Assembly (NCBI GenBank): GCA_951406725.2
Contig: OX597830.1
Location: 50,902,001-50,966,000, forward strand
DNA from: Octopus vulgaris
Taxonomy: Eukaryota
DNA: 64,000 bases
Direction of reading: 5' to 3'
Positions 27,023 to 39,580 of the stretch are shown here, piece by piece. The notes below the pieces were generated by a model. It saw only the letters and a program-made list of their open reading frames with translations. It was not told the origin of the DNA and made no database searches. A program made the position numbers and the translations under genes. Position 1 is the stretch's first letter; each line of letters starts with the position of its first letter.

Positions 27023-30000
27023 TTCAGAAATTATGCATCTCCTTGAAATCAGCAGTGCCCTGATTATATTTCCAAAACACTCAGCACTCCCTAGCTCAGC
27101 TGAACTAGATGAAAACAGATAAGAAGTAGAGTTTTCGTCCGAGAATGATCGTGATGTTTGCTGTTTGACTCTGAGTCAGCCTTTACAGAGCAGCCCTTAT
27201 ATGCGTTCCTGCAATGATTATAACAAAATGACTGGCATTTTAACAAATCAGACAATCACGTATAACTGCCCCTGTTGTCTTGAGACTGCAACACTTTTGA
27301 ATCAAAGTTACCCGCCAACTGACCAAGCAACTGTTCATAATGGAGCCGTCTATGCTACTTGTTAATGACCAGTAGATAACGGTCAGGAGTCAACTTTGAG
27401 GTCAACGAAGTTTATAAATCGACATATCGTTTAACAAAACGAAGTACCTGCTCAAAGCAAGCTGGAAATACTGTAATAGTTTCAGACAGTTTGCTGAGTA
27501 ATTAAACAATGAGATTTGTGTTACGTTAACCTTTTAACAGTATATCGGTTATTACGACAAGACATCATGATGTAGCATGAACAAATATTGACACACGTTA
27601 AAAACATAAAGATCGTTTCATAAACTTTAACTTTATTCAAGATCGATGATGTAGTTTTTGATGAATAGGAGACCATATTTGTCCAACAAAACGACCTGAA
27701 ACGAAGACATGACGTGAAGAAATAATTATTTCAGCAGAGATATTATTCTGCATGTCACGATATGTGGCAGTGGTGACAGCTGATAGCATTTTAACAAACT
27801 AAAAGTTATGGAACAAAATTATCAACATAATCAAAATATTTAACTTAATGAAATAATATCAGGGAGATTTAGTAATTTATCGAACAAAACAGAACCAAAA
27901 ATAGATATAAACTTTCATCCATACTGTACTTAACTGCTTATTGGATATCAACCCTGTTTTATCAGACATATAATCATAGGTAATCTAGTCGTGACCAACA
28001 CGCTTTCATTACTAGTTAATGTGCATTCAGTATATAATTATTCAATTGATCCATCTTTTAGTATACTAAGATATACTATGCACTACCAATGGTATATTTT
28101 TGGAATCGGTAACTCGATGGAATAAATGTGTTGCCATATTTAGATATAGTCTATAACATTTTTAGTTCAAATCACGCCAGAATTAGATTTGCTTTTCATG
28201 GTTGCATAGTCACTAAAATTAGTAGCAGATTATGTACTGGTATCGACTGGTTCTTCTCTTGCAATTCGTGTTCTTGTGACTGTCAGTAACACGTATTAAA
28301 ACTGGTGAAGTTGCAGGGTTACCCCAGAGTCGAATAGAATAACATATACTGATACTCCTGACTTTCTGCCTTCTCAATTCAGTACCCACCAGAGTCAGAT
28401 TTGTCATCGATAAAAAGAAAACGAAACACTTGATTTGGTGGGGTTGATACTTCTCACCGAGATAGAAATCTCCTCAAGTCAAATCTAGAGACGAATAAGC
28501 TGCGAAAGATATAGCTGGTCATGACATATCAAACGTCACTCTCAACACTCTATAAGAGTTGTGAAATCAATGCAATAGGCATTGAAATATTTAGAATGGA
28601 GCATTGACAAAATCTGGTAGAACCTCATAGAGATTAATTAACTGAGTTCAAATGATGCCCGGGTTGATAGTGTCATTATTACAAGTTCTATATTTTATGT
28701 ACCAGGTATGTGCAGGTATGGGTGACGGCCTTAAACTGCTTCCTTGTGTAACACCAAAATCTGGCCCATGAATGATTTTCATAGTATCTATTCTGTTTCA
28801 AGCATTCATGAAAAGTTTTTCTGCTCCTTTCTCTAAAATGTCTCAGCGTCTCCATAAAAAGACAATGCGTCCTGTCTATACGAGATCAAACCCATTTGAG
28901 TTTTAGGATCAATCTCACAAACTGATTCTTTCCAAATCATTGTGTCACTTTTTCTTTTTCCTCCAGTCTCGGAGAAATGGGTGTTGGCTACCCTTCCTGA
29001 TTGTGATAAACCATAAATATTGAATACTTTTTAAAAAAATTTTATCTTCTTCTAAAATATTGATTCTTTGTCTATATTTAAAATGTTTTGGTCAAATAAT
29101 TACTTGAGAAGGTTTTCCTTGGGGCTAAACAACAAAAAATGTTTTATCAATCGAAATTTTGCTTTATTTGATTATTTTAAAATGTCTCAAATAAGAATGC
29201 ATTATAGTCAGTTTGTTTTGTTTGTTTTATAAATTATTTATCAATTGACTTCGTTTATAAATTTGTTAACATAACATTAATATTTATTAATTTTAATTAA
29301 TTTAAATTCTGCAGAGGCTTACGCTGCTTCGGGATGACTTAATTAATTTGCTAATTGTTCCTCCAAATGATTTTCTTTTCTAAGAACTTTCGTAATTCTA
29401 ATTTACTAAACTAAAATTTATTTGTCAACTAAGTTAACTATTTTTGTGATATTCACTTCATTATTAGACATTACAGTTACTCTCTATCGATTTCCTGGTG
29501 ATATACTTTGGTAAATCGACAAATTCTTCAGAACTTTATTCTGTTTGCAATTGCTATTGTGTAGATTTGAAGCTTTTGTTGGATGGTTTGAATCAGTGTC
29601 CGGAAGGAGACAAAGAAGAAGTAACTGAATGGGTTATGTGTCTAATAATTGCCAGCATACACTGGCACAAACATTTGTGTTTGTTAACTTTTCCTATTGT
29701 ATAATATGAAACGTTATACAATAGAAAATCATGTTACATACACACCACACAATAACACATACATACTAGTCTGATAATATAATCACTGACCATCATGCAG
29801 GAGGAAATAAAGGAATAGGGGAATGCTTTGATCAACAACATTAGGTAAATATGCCTCTCCTACCCGAAGTAAAAGAATATCATGGAAACCTTACGACAAT
29901 ATGTATTGATTATAAAATTTAATTCTATTCCTCACTCACGGCTCCAGAAGCCACTGCAGTTGGGGCAAATTCCTGCTGCCTTAGCTGCTGACATTGACAG

Positions 30001-30094
30001 GCTATCAAAAACCTACGTTACAATCCTTGCACGTGTAACTGAAAGAGGAATGATTGCCTCCAATGTTACTAAGTTTTCTAATGTTGTTTTGGTT

Positions 30095-30305
30095 CCAAAT
30101 TTTGGCAAAAGGTCAACAATTTCTAGGAAGTGGGGTAACTCGATTACATCGACCTAGGTGTTCAACTGTTACTTATGTTATCGACTCTGGAAGGATGGAC
30201 GGCAAAGTGTACCTCAGCGAAATTTGAACTCAGAACGTAAAGACACATGAATATCCGCCAAGCATTTTGCCCGGTGTGCTAACAATTCTGCCAACTTGCC
30301 ACCTT
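30095..30305 (-). mobile_element. SINE family 2
   Basis: Similar to 55624-55850. Confidence 0.8.
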
Positions 30306-31724
30306 TTTCTAATGGAATATTCCAAAGTTCAATCTATCTGTATTTCTGTTAATTTTAACTCTAAATCTACCGACATATCTCTTCTAAAGAGAGACCACTC
30401 ATTACCTTTATATAGAAACTATTCTTTTGGGTTTTTGGATTTGGTTTGCAAGATTCTTTATATGAGTTCGTGTGTTGAAGCATAATCTGTTGTGTCTGGG
30501 GAGAGTCATTTTCTTTTTGTGCCTTATTATGTAACACACTCACCGGTAAAAATTTCCACTTTTTTCTTATTATTATTGTCCTAAAATTTTCGTTGCGTCT
30601 TGCAACCTTTCCAATCAAGACGCAACGAAAACTTTTAGGACAATAAAAATAAGAAGATAGTGGAAATTTTACCGGTGAGTGTATTACATTATAAGGCTCA
30701 AAAAGAAAATGACTCTCCCCAAACACAACAGAATATTCTTTTGGGATTACTAGACAATACAGAGATGCACAGTCACTAAATATTTCATCACTGTTGCGAA
30801 TCTTCAGACTGACGAACGTTTGTAAAATAAACGATGCGTTTAATCGATTCAGAATAGTGGAATCATTCCTTATTTGTTTATGTCTAAATTCTGTGGTCTC
30901 AGCTATGAGCTGGCATGCGGATGCGGATGCGATACGTGAAGTCGTGAAGTTAATTTTCTGTATAGAAGAGAATATGATAAAAACAATAACATTGGCTTCA
31001 TCAACTTGTGAGTTTGTGCTGTGTGTATAAATAGTGGTGGCAGAATGCCATATGAGAAGACATGGACCTGTGTTCGAGTGATGCAAGGAGAATCTATATT
31101 TTGTAAGATAGAGGTTGTTATTGAACAGATAACATTTTGCTAGAGAAAATATTAATTTATGGGACAGAGACCAGAATGCAACGGAAGAGATAGGAAGGAA
31201 GCGGTTCAAATATAGTAGAATAGTAATCGATAGATGAGTGATAAAGTGATACAGAGTGAACGTGTCAATGTAGGATAGGAGATAAAAGACAGAAGGTGCA
31301 CGTACACACACACACACACTCAGACACTCACACACCACATATGCTACATACACGCATACATACATACAAATATACATAAGTGCGTACGTACGAACATAAG
31401 TACATACATACATACATACATACATACATACATGCACGCATACATACATACATACATACATACATACATACATACATACATACATACATACATACATACA
31501 TGCACGCATACATACATACAAACATATATACATACATAAATACAAACATACAAAAGTACCTTGTTGTTGATGTTGAAGCTCCAATGGCGGAGACTTGGAT
31601 CTAGGTGAGAAACCGGTTCTTTCTCTATTGGCAAGAAATCTTGAAATAAACTGAATAATGACATACATACATAAATACATATATACATACAAAAATACCC
31701 TGTTGAGGTTGTTAAACTTGGGTC

Positions 31725-31766
<42 letters not shown>

Positions 31767-31849
31767 ATGTGTGTGTGTGTGTGAGTGTGAGTGTGTGTGT
31801 GTGTGAGTGTGTGTGTGTGTGTGTACGTGTGTGCATATGTTTGTGCGTC

Positions 31850-32040
31850 TGTGTTTGTCGCCCCAACATCGCTTGATAATCGGTGGTGGTTTGCTTACGT
31901 CCCCGTAACTTAGCGGTGCGGCAAAAGAAAGGATAGAATAAGTACTAGGCTTACAAACAATAAGTCCTGGGGTCGATATGCTCGACTAAAGGCGGTGCTC
32001 CTGCACGGCCACATTCAAATGGCTGAAACAAGTAAAAGAA
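31850..32040 (+). mobile_element. SINE family 1 3' half
   Basis: Matches 5870-6060. Confidence 0.85.
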
Positions 32041-32128
32041 ATATATATATACATACATACAAATATGTATATATATATATATATATATTTAAAAAAGGAG
32101 ATGTGGAACACGAGTTGTGATATATAAA

Positions 32129-32374
32129 AAAGGAAATGAAGACAATGCTGACAAAATAATTTAAGTAATGTAAGTAATTTAATTAGGTGAAAGTTCTTTT
32201 TACCGGTTGCGCATTTGTTATGCTTATCAAAAGTTTTTTCCTCTTATCTGACGGTCAGATAAGAGGAAAAAACTTTTGAAAAGCATAACAAATGCGCAAC
32301 CGGTAAAAAGAACTTTCACCTAATTAAATTACTTACATTACTTAAATTATTTTGTCATCATTTTCTTCATTTCC

Positions 32375-32377
<3 letters not shown>
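32129..32377. repeat. Near-perfect 249-bp palindrome containing hammerhead-like motif in each arm (family E)
   Basis: 124-bp arms around a 1-nt centre (32253), with 3 mismatches by eye. The motif is acttt-TTGA[A/T]AA-gcat-aacaa-atgc-GCAAC-cg-GTA-aaaag. Confidence 0.85.
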
Positions 32378-32446
<69 letters not shown>

Positions 32447-32450
32447 GTGT

Positions 32451-32655
32451 GGAGACGCAATGACCCAGTGGTTAGGGCAGCGGACTCGCGGTCGGAGAAT
32501 CACGGACCGGATGTTGTATGTGTTTATTGAGCGAAAACAACTAAAAGCTCCACGAGGCTCTGGCAGGAGGGTGGTAACCCCTGTTGTACTCTTTAAAAAA
32601 TGGCGGTGCCCCAGCATGGCCACAGCTCGTGAGCTGAAACTAGATAAAATAAAAA
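32451..32655 (+). mobile_element. tRNA-derived SINE family 3
   Basis: Head cccagtggttagggcagcggactcgc is shared with 35263 and 50872. Confidence 0.85.
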
Positions 32656-32716
32656 AATTTAAAAAATATATATATATATATATATATATATACATTAATA
32701 TACATACATACATATA

Positions 32717-32759
<43 letters not shown>

Positions 32760-32761
<2 letters not shown>

Positions 32762-32970
32762 CCTCGACCTCGTGAGTACCGCCAGCGATTTTTTTCCTCT
32801 GTCTTCCCTTCTCGGGATCTTTCCTTCTCCTGTGTTTCCGACGAAGAGCTCCGCTCGAAACGTTAAACCCTCCTTCTTCCCTTGTTTCCTGAGCGTCCAA
32901 TAGTACTTTATTTGTTCCACGTCTTCGCGTTGGTGTGTTTATTTTGTGTTTTCTTGTTTGGATTAACTTT
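32760..32970 (+). mobile_element. Penelope-like family A copy in (TA)n; hammerhead at 32834-32868 with U4C change
   Basis: gttt-CCGACGA-agagctccgctc-GAAAC-GTT-aaac, homologous to 2855-3010. Confidence 0.75.
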
Positions 32971-32973
32971 ATA

Positions 32974-33029
<56 letters not shown>

Positions 33030-33067
33030 TATATATATACATGCATACAAATATATATGTATGTGTG

Positions 33068-33144
<77 letters not shown>

Positions 33145-33894
33145 ATATACAAACATAAATGCTAACACATACATATAGTTTGAACATGTCGTGAATCATT
33201 AAAGAATTAAGGGAATTTATTGCCCTGAAGTAACCGTAAAAGACATATGGACGAATCTTATAAAAGATTACAACCGTACAATGTTGTATGTTCAGTGTAA
33301 GATACGCACAGACATGTATCATAAATACACATATATATATATACACGCACATGTATAAATACATGTGTGTTTGTATGTGCGTATACGCGTATTTATATAC
33401 GCATATATGAATGTCTATATTATACACTTTCCCGCCTTCCTACTTAACTTGAGAAACCACAGCGATGCGCAGTATTTTCGGTTTATACAAATAGCGGAAA
33501 TATATTTAGCGAAGAAAGCCATCATTGTAATACAGTTCTTCTGTTTCTTGCACTTAATTCATTATTTCTGTTTTCTTTTCAACTAATTAAATTGCTATGT
33601 TTGCCCTTTGTTTATAGTAAATTCTAATGATTTAATGATGCACATTGCCAATTCCATCTTCTTGCAAGCACATTATTAAAGCCAATTCCTGCCGTTTGTT
33701 TGGCATCAACTCTGCATAAGTTATTTTGGCTGTTTTTTGAAAAATTAATTCATTCGTCTCTTATTAAGAAATAAAAAAAAAGAAGAAAAAAAAACGAAGG
33801 CATACGTTATTCCTGATTTATTGCGTGCGTAGATAGACGCAAACGCACACACAAACATGCACACACACAAACCCACACATACACATACACACAC

Positions 33895-34330
33895 ACACAT
33901 ACAAACACACAAACGCGCACACATTCACTGGAGCGCACACATACACATATATTCACAAATACACACATATACATACACGCACACACATACAAACACACAA
34001 ACGCGCACACATTCACTGGAGCGCACACATACACATATATTCACAAATACACACATATACATACACAAACACACATACAAACAAACAAACAAACAAACGC
34101 GCATACACTCACTGGAGCGCACACATACACATATACACAAATACACACATATACATACACGCACACACATACAAACACACAAACGCGCACACATTCACTG
34201 GAACACACACATACACATATATTCACAAGTACACGCATATACATACACACACATACAAACAAACAAACAAACAAACAAACGCGCACGCACTCACTGGAGT
34301 CCATACGTACACATATACACAAATACACAT
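33895..34330. repeat. Minisatellite, five 86-96 bp units
   Basis: cactgga anchor at 33926, 34014, 34110, 34196 and 34292. Confidence 0.9.
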
Positions 34331-34769
34331 ACAGACACATATAGAACACACGCATATATACACATGCACATACGCATACATATACACACACACAGACGCG
34401 CACACAAACACGCACATGCACACATACACCCGCATATGTATGCAGTGCACGTTTCTCTAGTTATCTGTATGCGTGTTGTTACGTGCATGTCTGTTTGCGC
34501 ATGCATCGCTGTGTCTCAAAAATTCACTCCTTTTAGACGCAGCATATACGTGACTGACTGCATATATTGTGTTGTGAGTGTATGTATATCTGCGTGAGCT
34601 TGTGAGTGTATACATCTATGCATATTAAAAATGATGTATAAGAAATTAACAATTACTTGGGGCTGTAGTAATTGCAAACGTCTTTTGAATATAATATATC
34701 TATATCCTTTACGCATAAATATCTTTATATACACGCATATATATACAAACATATATGTGTGTGTGTGTA

Positions 34770-35225
34770 TTCTTTCTTTTACTTCGTTCAGTCGTTTGGT
34801 TACGGCCAAGCTGAAGCACCACCTTTAGTCGAAAAAATCGACCCATTAACTCATTCTTTGTAAGCCTAATACTTATTCTACCGGGCTCTTTTGCGGAAAC
34901 GCTAAGTTATGGGGACGTAAATAAACCAACATCGGTTGTCAAGCGATGGTGGGGAGGATAAACACAGACACATAGACAAATATACACACACACATACATG
35001 TATGTATATATATGTATATATGTGTACATATATATATGTGTATGTCTGTGTGTATGTATATATATATACGAAGGGCTTCTTTCAGTTTCCGTCTACCAAG
35101 TCCACTCGCAAGGCTTTGGTCGGCCCGAGGCTATAGTAGAAGACACTTCCCAAGGTGCCACGCAGTGGGACAGAACCCGGAACCATGTGGTTTGTAAGCA
35201 AGCTTCTTACAACACAGCCACGCTG
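34770..35225 (-). mobile_element. Full-length SINE family 1 (tRNA/CORE-like head, internal microsatellite, tail)
   Basis: Same layout as 58243-58678. Confidence 0.85.
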
Positions 35226-35262
35226 AGCTTACATACACACACACACACACACACACACATAT

Positions 35263-35570
35263 ATGGCCCAGTGGTTAGGGCAGCGGACTCGCCGTTGTTG
35301 GATCGCGGTTTCGATTCCCAGGCCGGGCGTTGTGTGTGTTTATTGAGCAGAAACACCTAAAGCTCCACAAGGCTCTGGCAGGGGATGGTGGCGATCCCTG
35401 CTGTACTCTTTCGCCACAACTTTCTCTCACTCTCTTCTTCTGTTGGTCTGCCCGCTTAGCCAGCGGGGTGGCGTCATTTGAAGGCTAAAACAATGCGAAG
35501 TGCATTGTGACCAGCGATGTGTAGCAACATCTGATAGCCTCGTCGGTCATGGTGATCATGGTGGTGATAT
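35263..35570 (+). mobile_element. tRNA-derived SINE family 3
   Basis: A-box-like tggcccagtgg and B-box-like gtttcgattccc. Confidence 0.85.
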
Positions 35571-35699
35571 GTATATATATATATATATATACCATTTAAC
35601 CATTCAGCAAAATATACACGTGCTTAGGGCATCAGGGGAAGGAGTAGTCACCACAGAAATGGTAAATGGTTTACGGCACAAAAGAAATCACTTCAAACT

Positions 35700-35835
35700 T
35701 ACTAAAATAATATTTAGGATGCTTTTATCTCTAGTAAGTATAAATGGAGATGTGTTACATGAAATTAATTTTGAGGATCTGATGAAGCACTTTGCAATTC
35801 AAAATCGTAGGAGGAAACTTTTCAAATATAAATAA
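35700..35835 (+). pseudogene. hAT transposase C-terminal dimerisation-domain remnant
   Basis: LSLVSINGDVLHEINFEDLMKHFAIQNRRRKLF resembles the hAT C-terminal consensus, judged by eye. Confidence 0.55.
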
Positions 35836-35869
35836 AGTGGAAGTATACAAAAATAAACATTATTTTCCC

Positions 35870-36510
35870 TCCTACACTTTCGTTTCGTACCCTTAACGTA
35901 AATCTCGGAGATTCAGCGTCGTGACACAGAATTTGACAAGGCCGACCATTTGAATTACAGATACGACTTATTTTTGCCAATTGAGTGGACTGGAGCAACG
36001 TGAAAGGAAGCGTGTTGCTCAAGGTTTAAATGCATCCTTAACCACTAAGCCACGTTTCTTCATCAATTCAATCATACGTACATGCATATATACGCGCATA
36101 TATACACATATGAAAACATAGGTAGGTATATGTGTGTGTAGGTATTCGTGCATAAAACGTACACTTTTATGCTCATAAACGCATGTATAAAGTTGCTGTT
36201 GTTTTACCCAAGTCAACCACATCTTAAGCACTTAAGCAGATTCATAATTCAAAAAATGATGCATCACAGAAGTAGTACAGGTATATGGCTTAGTGGTTAG
36301 AGTGATGAACTCATGATCATAAGATTGTGGTTTCAATTCCTAGACCGGGCGATGTGCTGTGTTCTTGAGCAAATCACTTCGTTTTACGTTGCTGCAATCC
36401 ACTCAGCTGGCAGATAAGCTTAATCTTGCGACGGATCGGCGCCTCGCCCAGATGGAAACCGGTAAACCGGCCTTTTATGAGTCGATACGACTCGAGAAGG
36501 AAACTTCTCG
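35870..36510. mobile_element. Two CORE-like SINE copies (minus ~35870-36055, plus ~36275-36510)
   Basis: gagtggactggagcaacgtgaaa..ttgctcaag and its complement ttcttgagcaaatcacttcgttttacgttgctgcaatccactcagctg. Confidence 0.7.
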
Positions 36511-37124
36511 TTACCTATTTACAGAAGTAATTCAAATTATGACCCTGGAGCCAGGAATACATTTTTAAAAAAACCGTTATAGCCGCCTGTGAATCTTCTG
36601 TATATCTAGATAATATAAAAATTTCCAGTGTGATAAATTTACGAATAGTTATATGCATGCTGCTTCTAGCAAGACGGATCACCATTTAGTGTCACTGCCT
36701 ATTTGATGCGACAGTCCAAGTGTATATCTCTAATTAACTAAATAACTGTCTGTCCTTAGTTCAAACGTCTGCAAATGGTTTGTTCTACCTGAGAGCAGTG
36801 TAATTTGGTTTACCTGTGTACATACTCATACTTGTCTGCTACACTTAATGAAACCTCTTCAAATCTTCCCGGCAGTAAGCTTTGTCTTTCATGTTTTTAC
36901 TTGTTATAAACTTACTTCTTTATACTTCTAGGCATACCAGAGACAGCTCCAGGTCTCTGCACTTCTGATGTTCACTGTATCTTTTTCTCTCTCCATAAAT
37001 ATGTGCGTGTACGTGCATGCGTGCATCTCTGTGTGTATTTGTGCAATACGTATGTGCATCTATTTTTCTTTTCTCTTTGCCAAAATATCTTGCAAAGAAA
37101 CACGCACACATATATATCTAAATA

Positions 37125-37155
<31 letters not shown>

Positions 37156-37466
37156 TTGCATATGTATATACACACACACACATATATGTATATACATTTT
37201 TATATATAAAATATGTGTGTATAAGATATGTATGAGTGTGTGTGCACGTGTTCTAAGTCTCTCTAAAGGAGATTACGGCATCGTTACTGGATATTAATAG
37301 TTATCGCCATACTAATATGGTAGTCTATAAATATAAGACTAAAGCTGTCGCTGATTAGCTCCAAGTGGCCATTGCCTCTAGCTAGCTATTTGACACTCGA
37401 ACCTGCGTCCATTACAAACCTTCGAACAGGGGAGGTCAGCCGCTTCACCTTGCTAGTCAGACATCT

Positions 37467-37503
37467 GCAGACATGTTTCAGGGTTGTTGCCTTTATCAAC
37501 GTC
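37467..37503 (-). ncRNA. Hammerhead-like motif, U3-A8 variant, weak stem I
   Basis: Minus strand reads TTGATAA-agg-caacaac-cct-GAAAC-at-GTC-tgc. Confidence 0.45.
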
Positions 37504-37504
37504 A

Positions 37505-37690
37505 CAGTTGTCTCATCTAAAGCAAGGACCATGTACTGCAATAGCTTGGGATTCAAGGACCCATAGATATTTAACTCCTTGCCAAAACATCTGAGGGATC
37601 TCCATGGAGTGAGGGTAGCTGTTTTCAAGAAACAATTTGACCTCTTGCTATCCAAGTTCTCAGATGAACCAATACCAAGGCAGGAAATTC
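37505..37690 (+). pseudogene. CR1-group LINE ORF2 C-terminal remnant
   Basis: YCNSLGFKDP*IFNSLPKHLRDLHGVRVAVFKKQFDLLLSKFSDEP. Confidence 0.75.
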
Positions 37691-37869
37691 AAATCACCGT
37701 TCGACAAAAGAAAGAGATACAATAAGTAGTAGGCTTATAAAATATAAGTTCTGCGGTCGATTTCTTCGACTAAAAAGAAAATTCTTTAAGGCGGTGATCC
37801 AGCATGGTCACAGTCAAAGGAGAGAAACAAGTAAAAGAGGAATATATATAATTAATTAATTAATTAAAT

Positions 37870-38857
37870 TAAGTAACAGGATGTCCACTATTAGTGCAAT
37901 ACGACCATTTCAAGCGGCTCCATTTAATTGAACACTATTAATATTGCTATCTTCAGTTGCAATAAATATGGATTTTCCAGACAAGATATATTAAGTTAAT
38001 GTAATTTTTCCCAAATATTTTATCAGAGTTAGAGGATGAAAGAATTTCATGTTGCAAGAATAATCTAAGAGAAGAAGTACAATTTTGGAGTGGCATGGAA
38101 CACAATAGGGAGGGGGAAGTCATCGGATTATAATTTATTTCTAATTTTTTTCATGTACCTTCTTATCATCGGCAAAAGATCTAAGACTAGAATAATACGA
38201 TTACTGACAATAAAGAACATTGTGATTTGATAACTTAGAGCTGGCTGCTGGTCATAAATAAATGTTACTAGATGTTTCTCATATTCCTTAATTTCTTACT
38301 GTCATAAGTACTCTTCACCACAAAAAGAAACACTTCAATTTCTTACTGTCATAAGTACCCCACTTTCTGGGCATTTACTGCTATCTAATTAACTCATTCT
38401 AAATTTTTAGTGGTGAGGGGTACTTATGGTAGTAAGAAATTAAGGAATCTAGTAATATTTATTTATGACCAACAGCCAGCTCTGAGCTGTCAACCCACAA
38501 TGTTCTTTATTCTCAATAAACGTAGTATAGTTTGTTAATACCGTAGATAATTTGTTGATAAGAAGAAAGCAGATAAAAAATCGATGACCACCACTGTGTT
38601 CCATGGCGCTCTAGAGTTGTAGTTCTTCTATTAGATTATTCTAGCTGCATTGGTGGCAACATGAAATTCTTTCATCCTCTAACTCTAATAAAATATTTCA
38701 GAAAAATGATATTAATATATCTTCTCTGTTAAAAATCCATATTTATTGCAACTGAAGATAGCACTGTATTTAAATTTATGTAATGCTTCTATTGTTCAGT
38801 TAAATGGAACCGGTTGAAACGGTCGTATTGCACTAATACTTGACATCATGTTACTTA
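37870..38857. mobile_element. Foldback/MITE-like element with ~450-bp diverged inverted arms
   Basis: Termini are taagtaacaggatgtc and gacatcatgttactta. The arms match through ..caccac (~38320) and gtggtg (~38410). Confidence 0.8.
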
Positions 38858-38942
38858 TTTTCCTTTTATTCACCTTCGTGCTGTCCAGATAATACTGGAC
38901 TGACCTGGTACCTCAGTTTAAGGTACCTAATTCAACTGAATC

Positions 38943-38975
<33 letters not shown>

Positions 38976-39343
38976 CTCCTTTGGCAAACACGAGACGTAT
39001 CTGTAATTGAAAGGGCCAGCCTTCTCACATTCTGTGTCACACTGAATCTCCTCGAGAACTACATTAAGGGTACACGCGTCTACTTGCTCGTTAATTTCAC
39101 GAGCAAGCTGTTCTGTTGATCGCAGTAACTGGAACACTCGTCGTTTATATATGAATATAAATGAATTATGAAGTAAATAAAATATATAAAAGTATGGTGT
39201 CTGAAAGCGTAATACACAAGTGAGGTGGGAAGTGTTGCAATTATCTGAAATAAAATAAATTCATATATTTGTCTGTACACTTAATGTTAGTCAACAGTAA
39301 ACCGTTATGAATTACCGAGTTTATGCACAAACTGACGCGTTTT

Positions 39344-39353
39344 ACTACTACTG

Positions 39354-39395
<42 letters not shown>

Positions 39396-39399
39396 ATAC

Positions 39400-39453
<54 letters not shown>

Positions 39454-39480
39454 TAATAATAATAATAAAATAATAATAAT

Positions 39481-39548
<68 letters not shown>

Positions 39549-39580
39549 TAATAATAATATTAATAATAATAATAATAATA
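39344..39580. repeat. (ACT)n(AAT)n microsatellite
   Basis: Direct reading. Confidence 0.95.

Noticed and set aside
29567-29633. Possible exon encoding LKLLLDGLNQCPEGDKEE (Walker B-like)
   Set aside because: Weak splice sites and too short to support.
30367-31692. Longest ORF (441 aa, minus)
   Set aside because: The N-terminal third is (TATG)n-derived and the rest has no recognisable domain.
33895-34330. CRISPR-like periodicity
   Set aside because: Whole units are repeated with no unique spacers, in a eukaryotic context.
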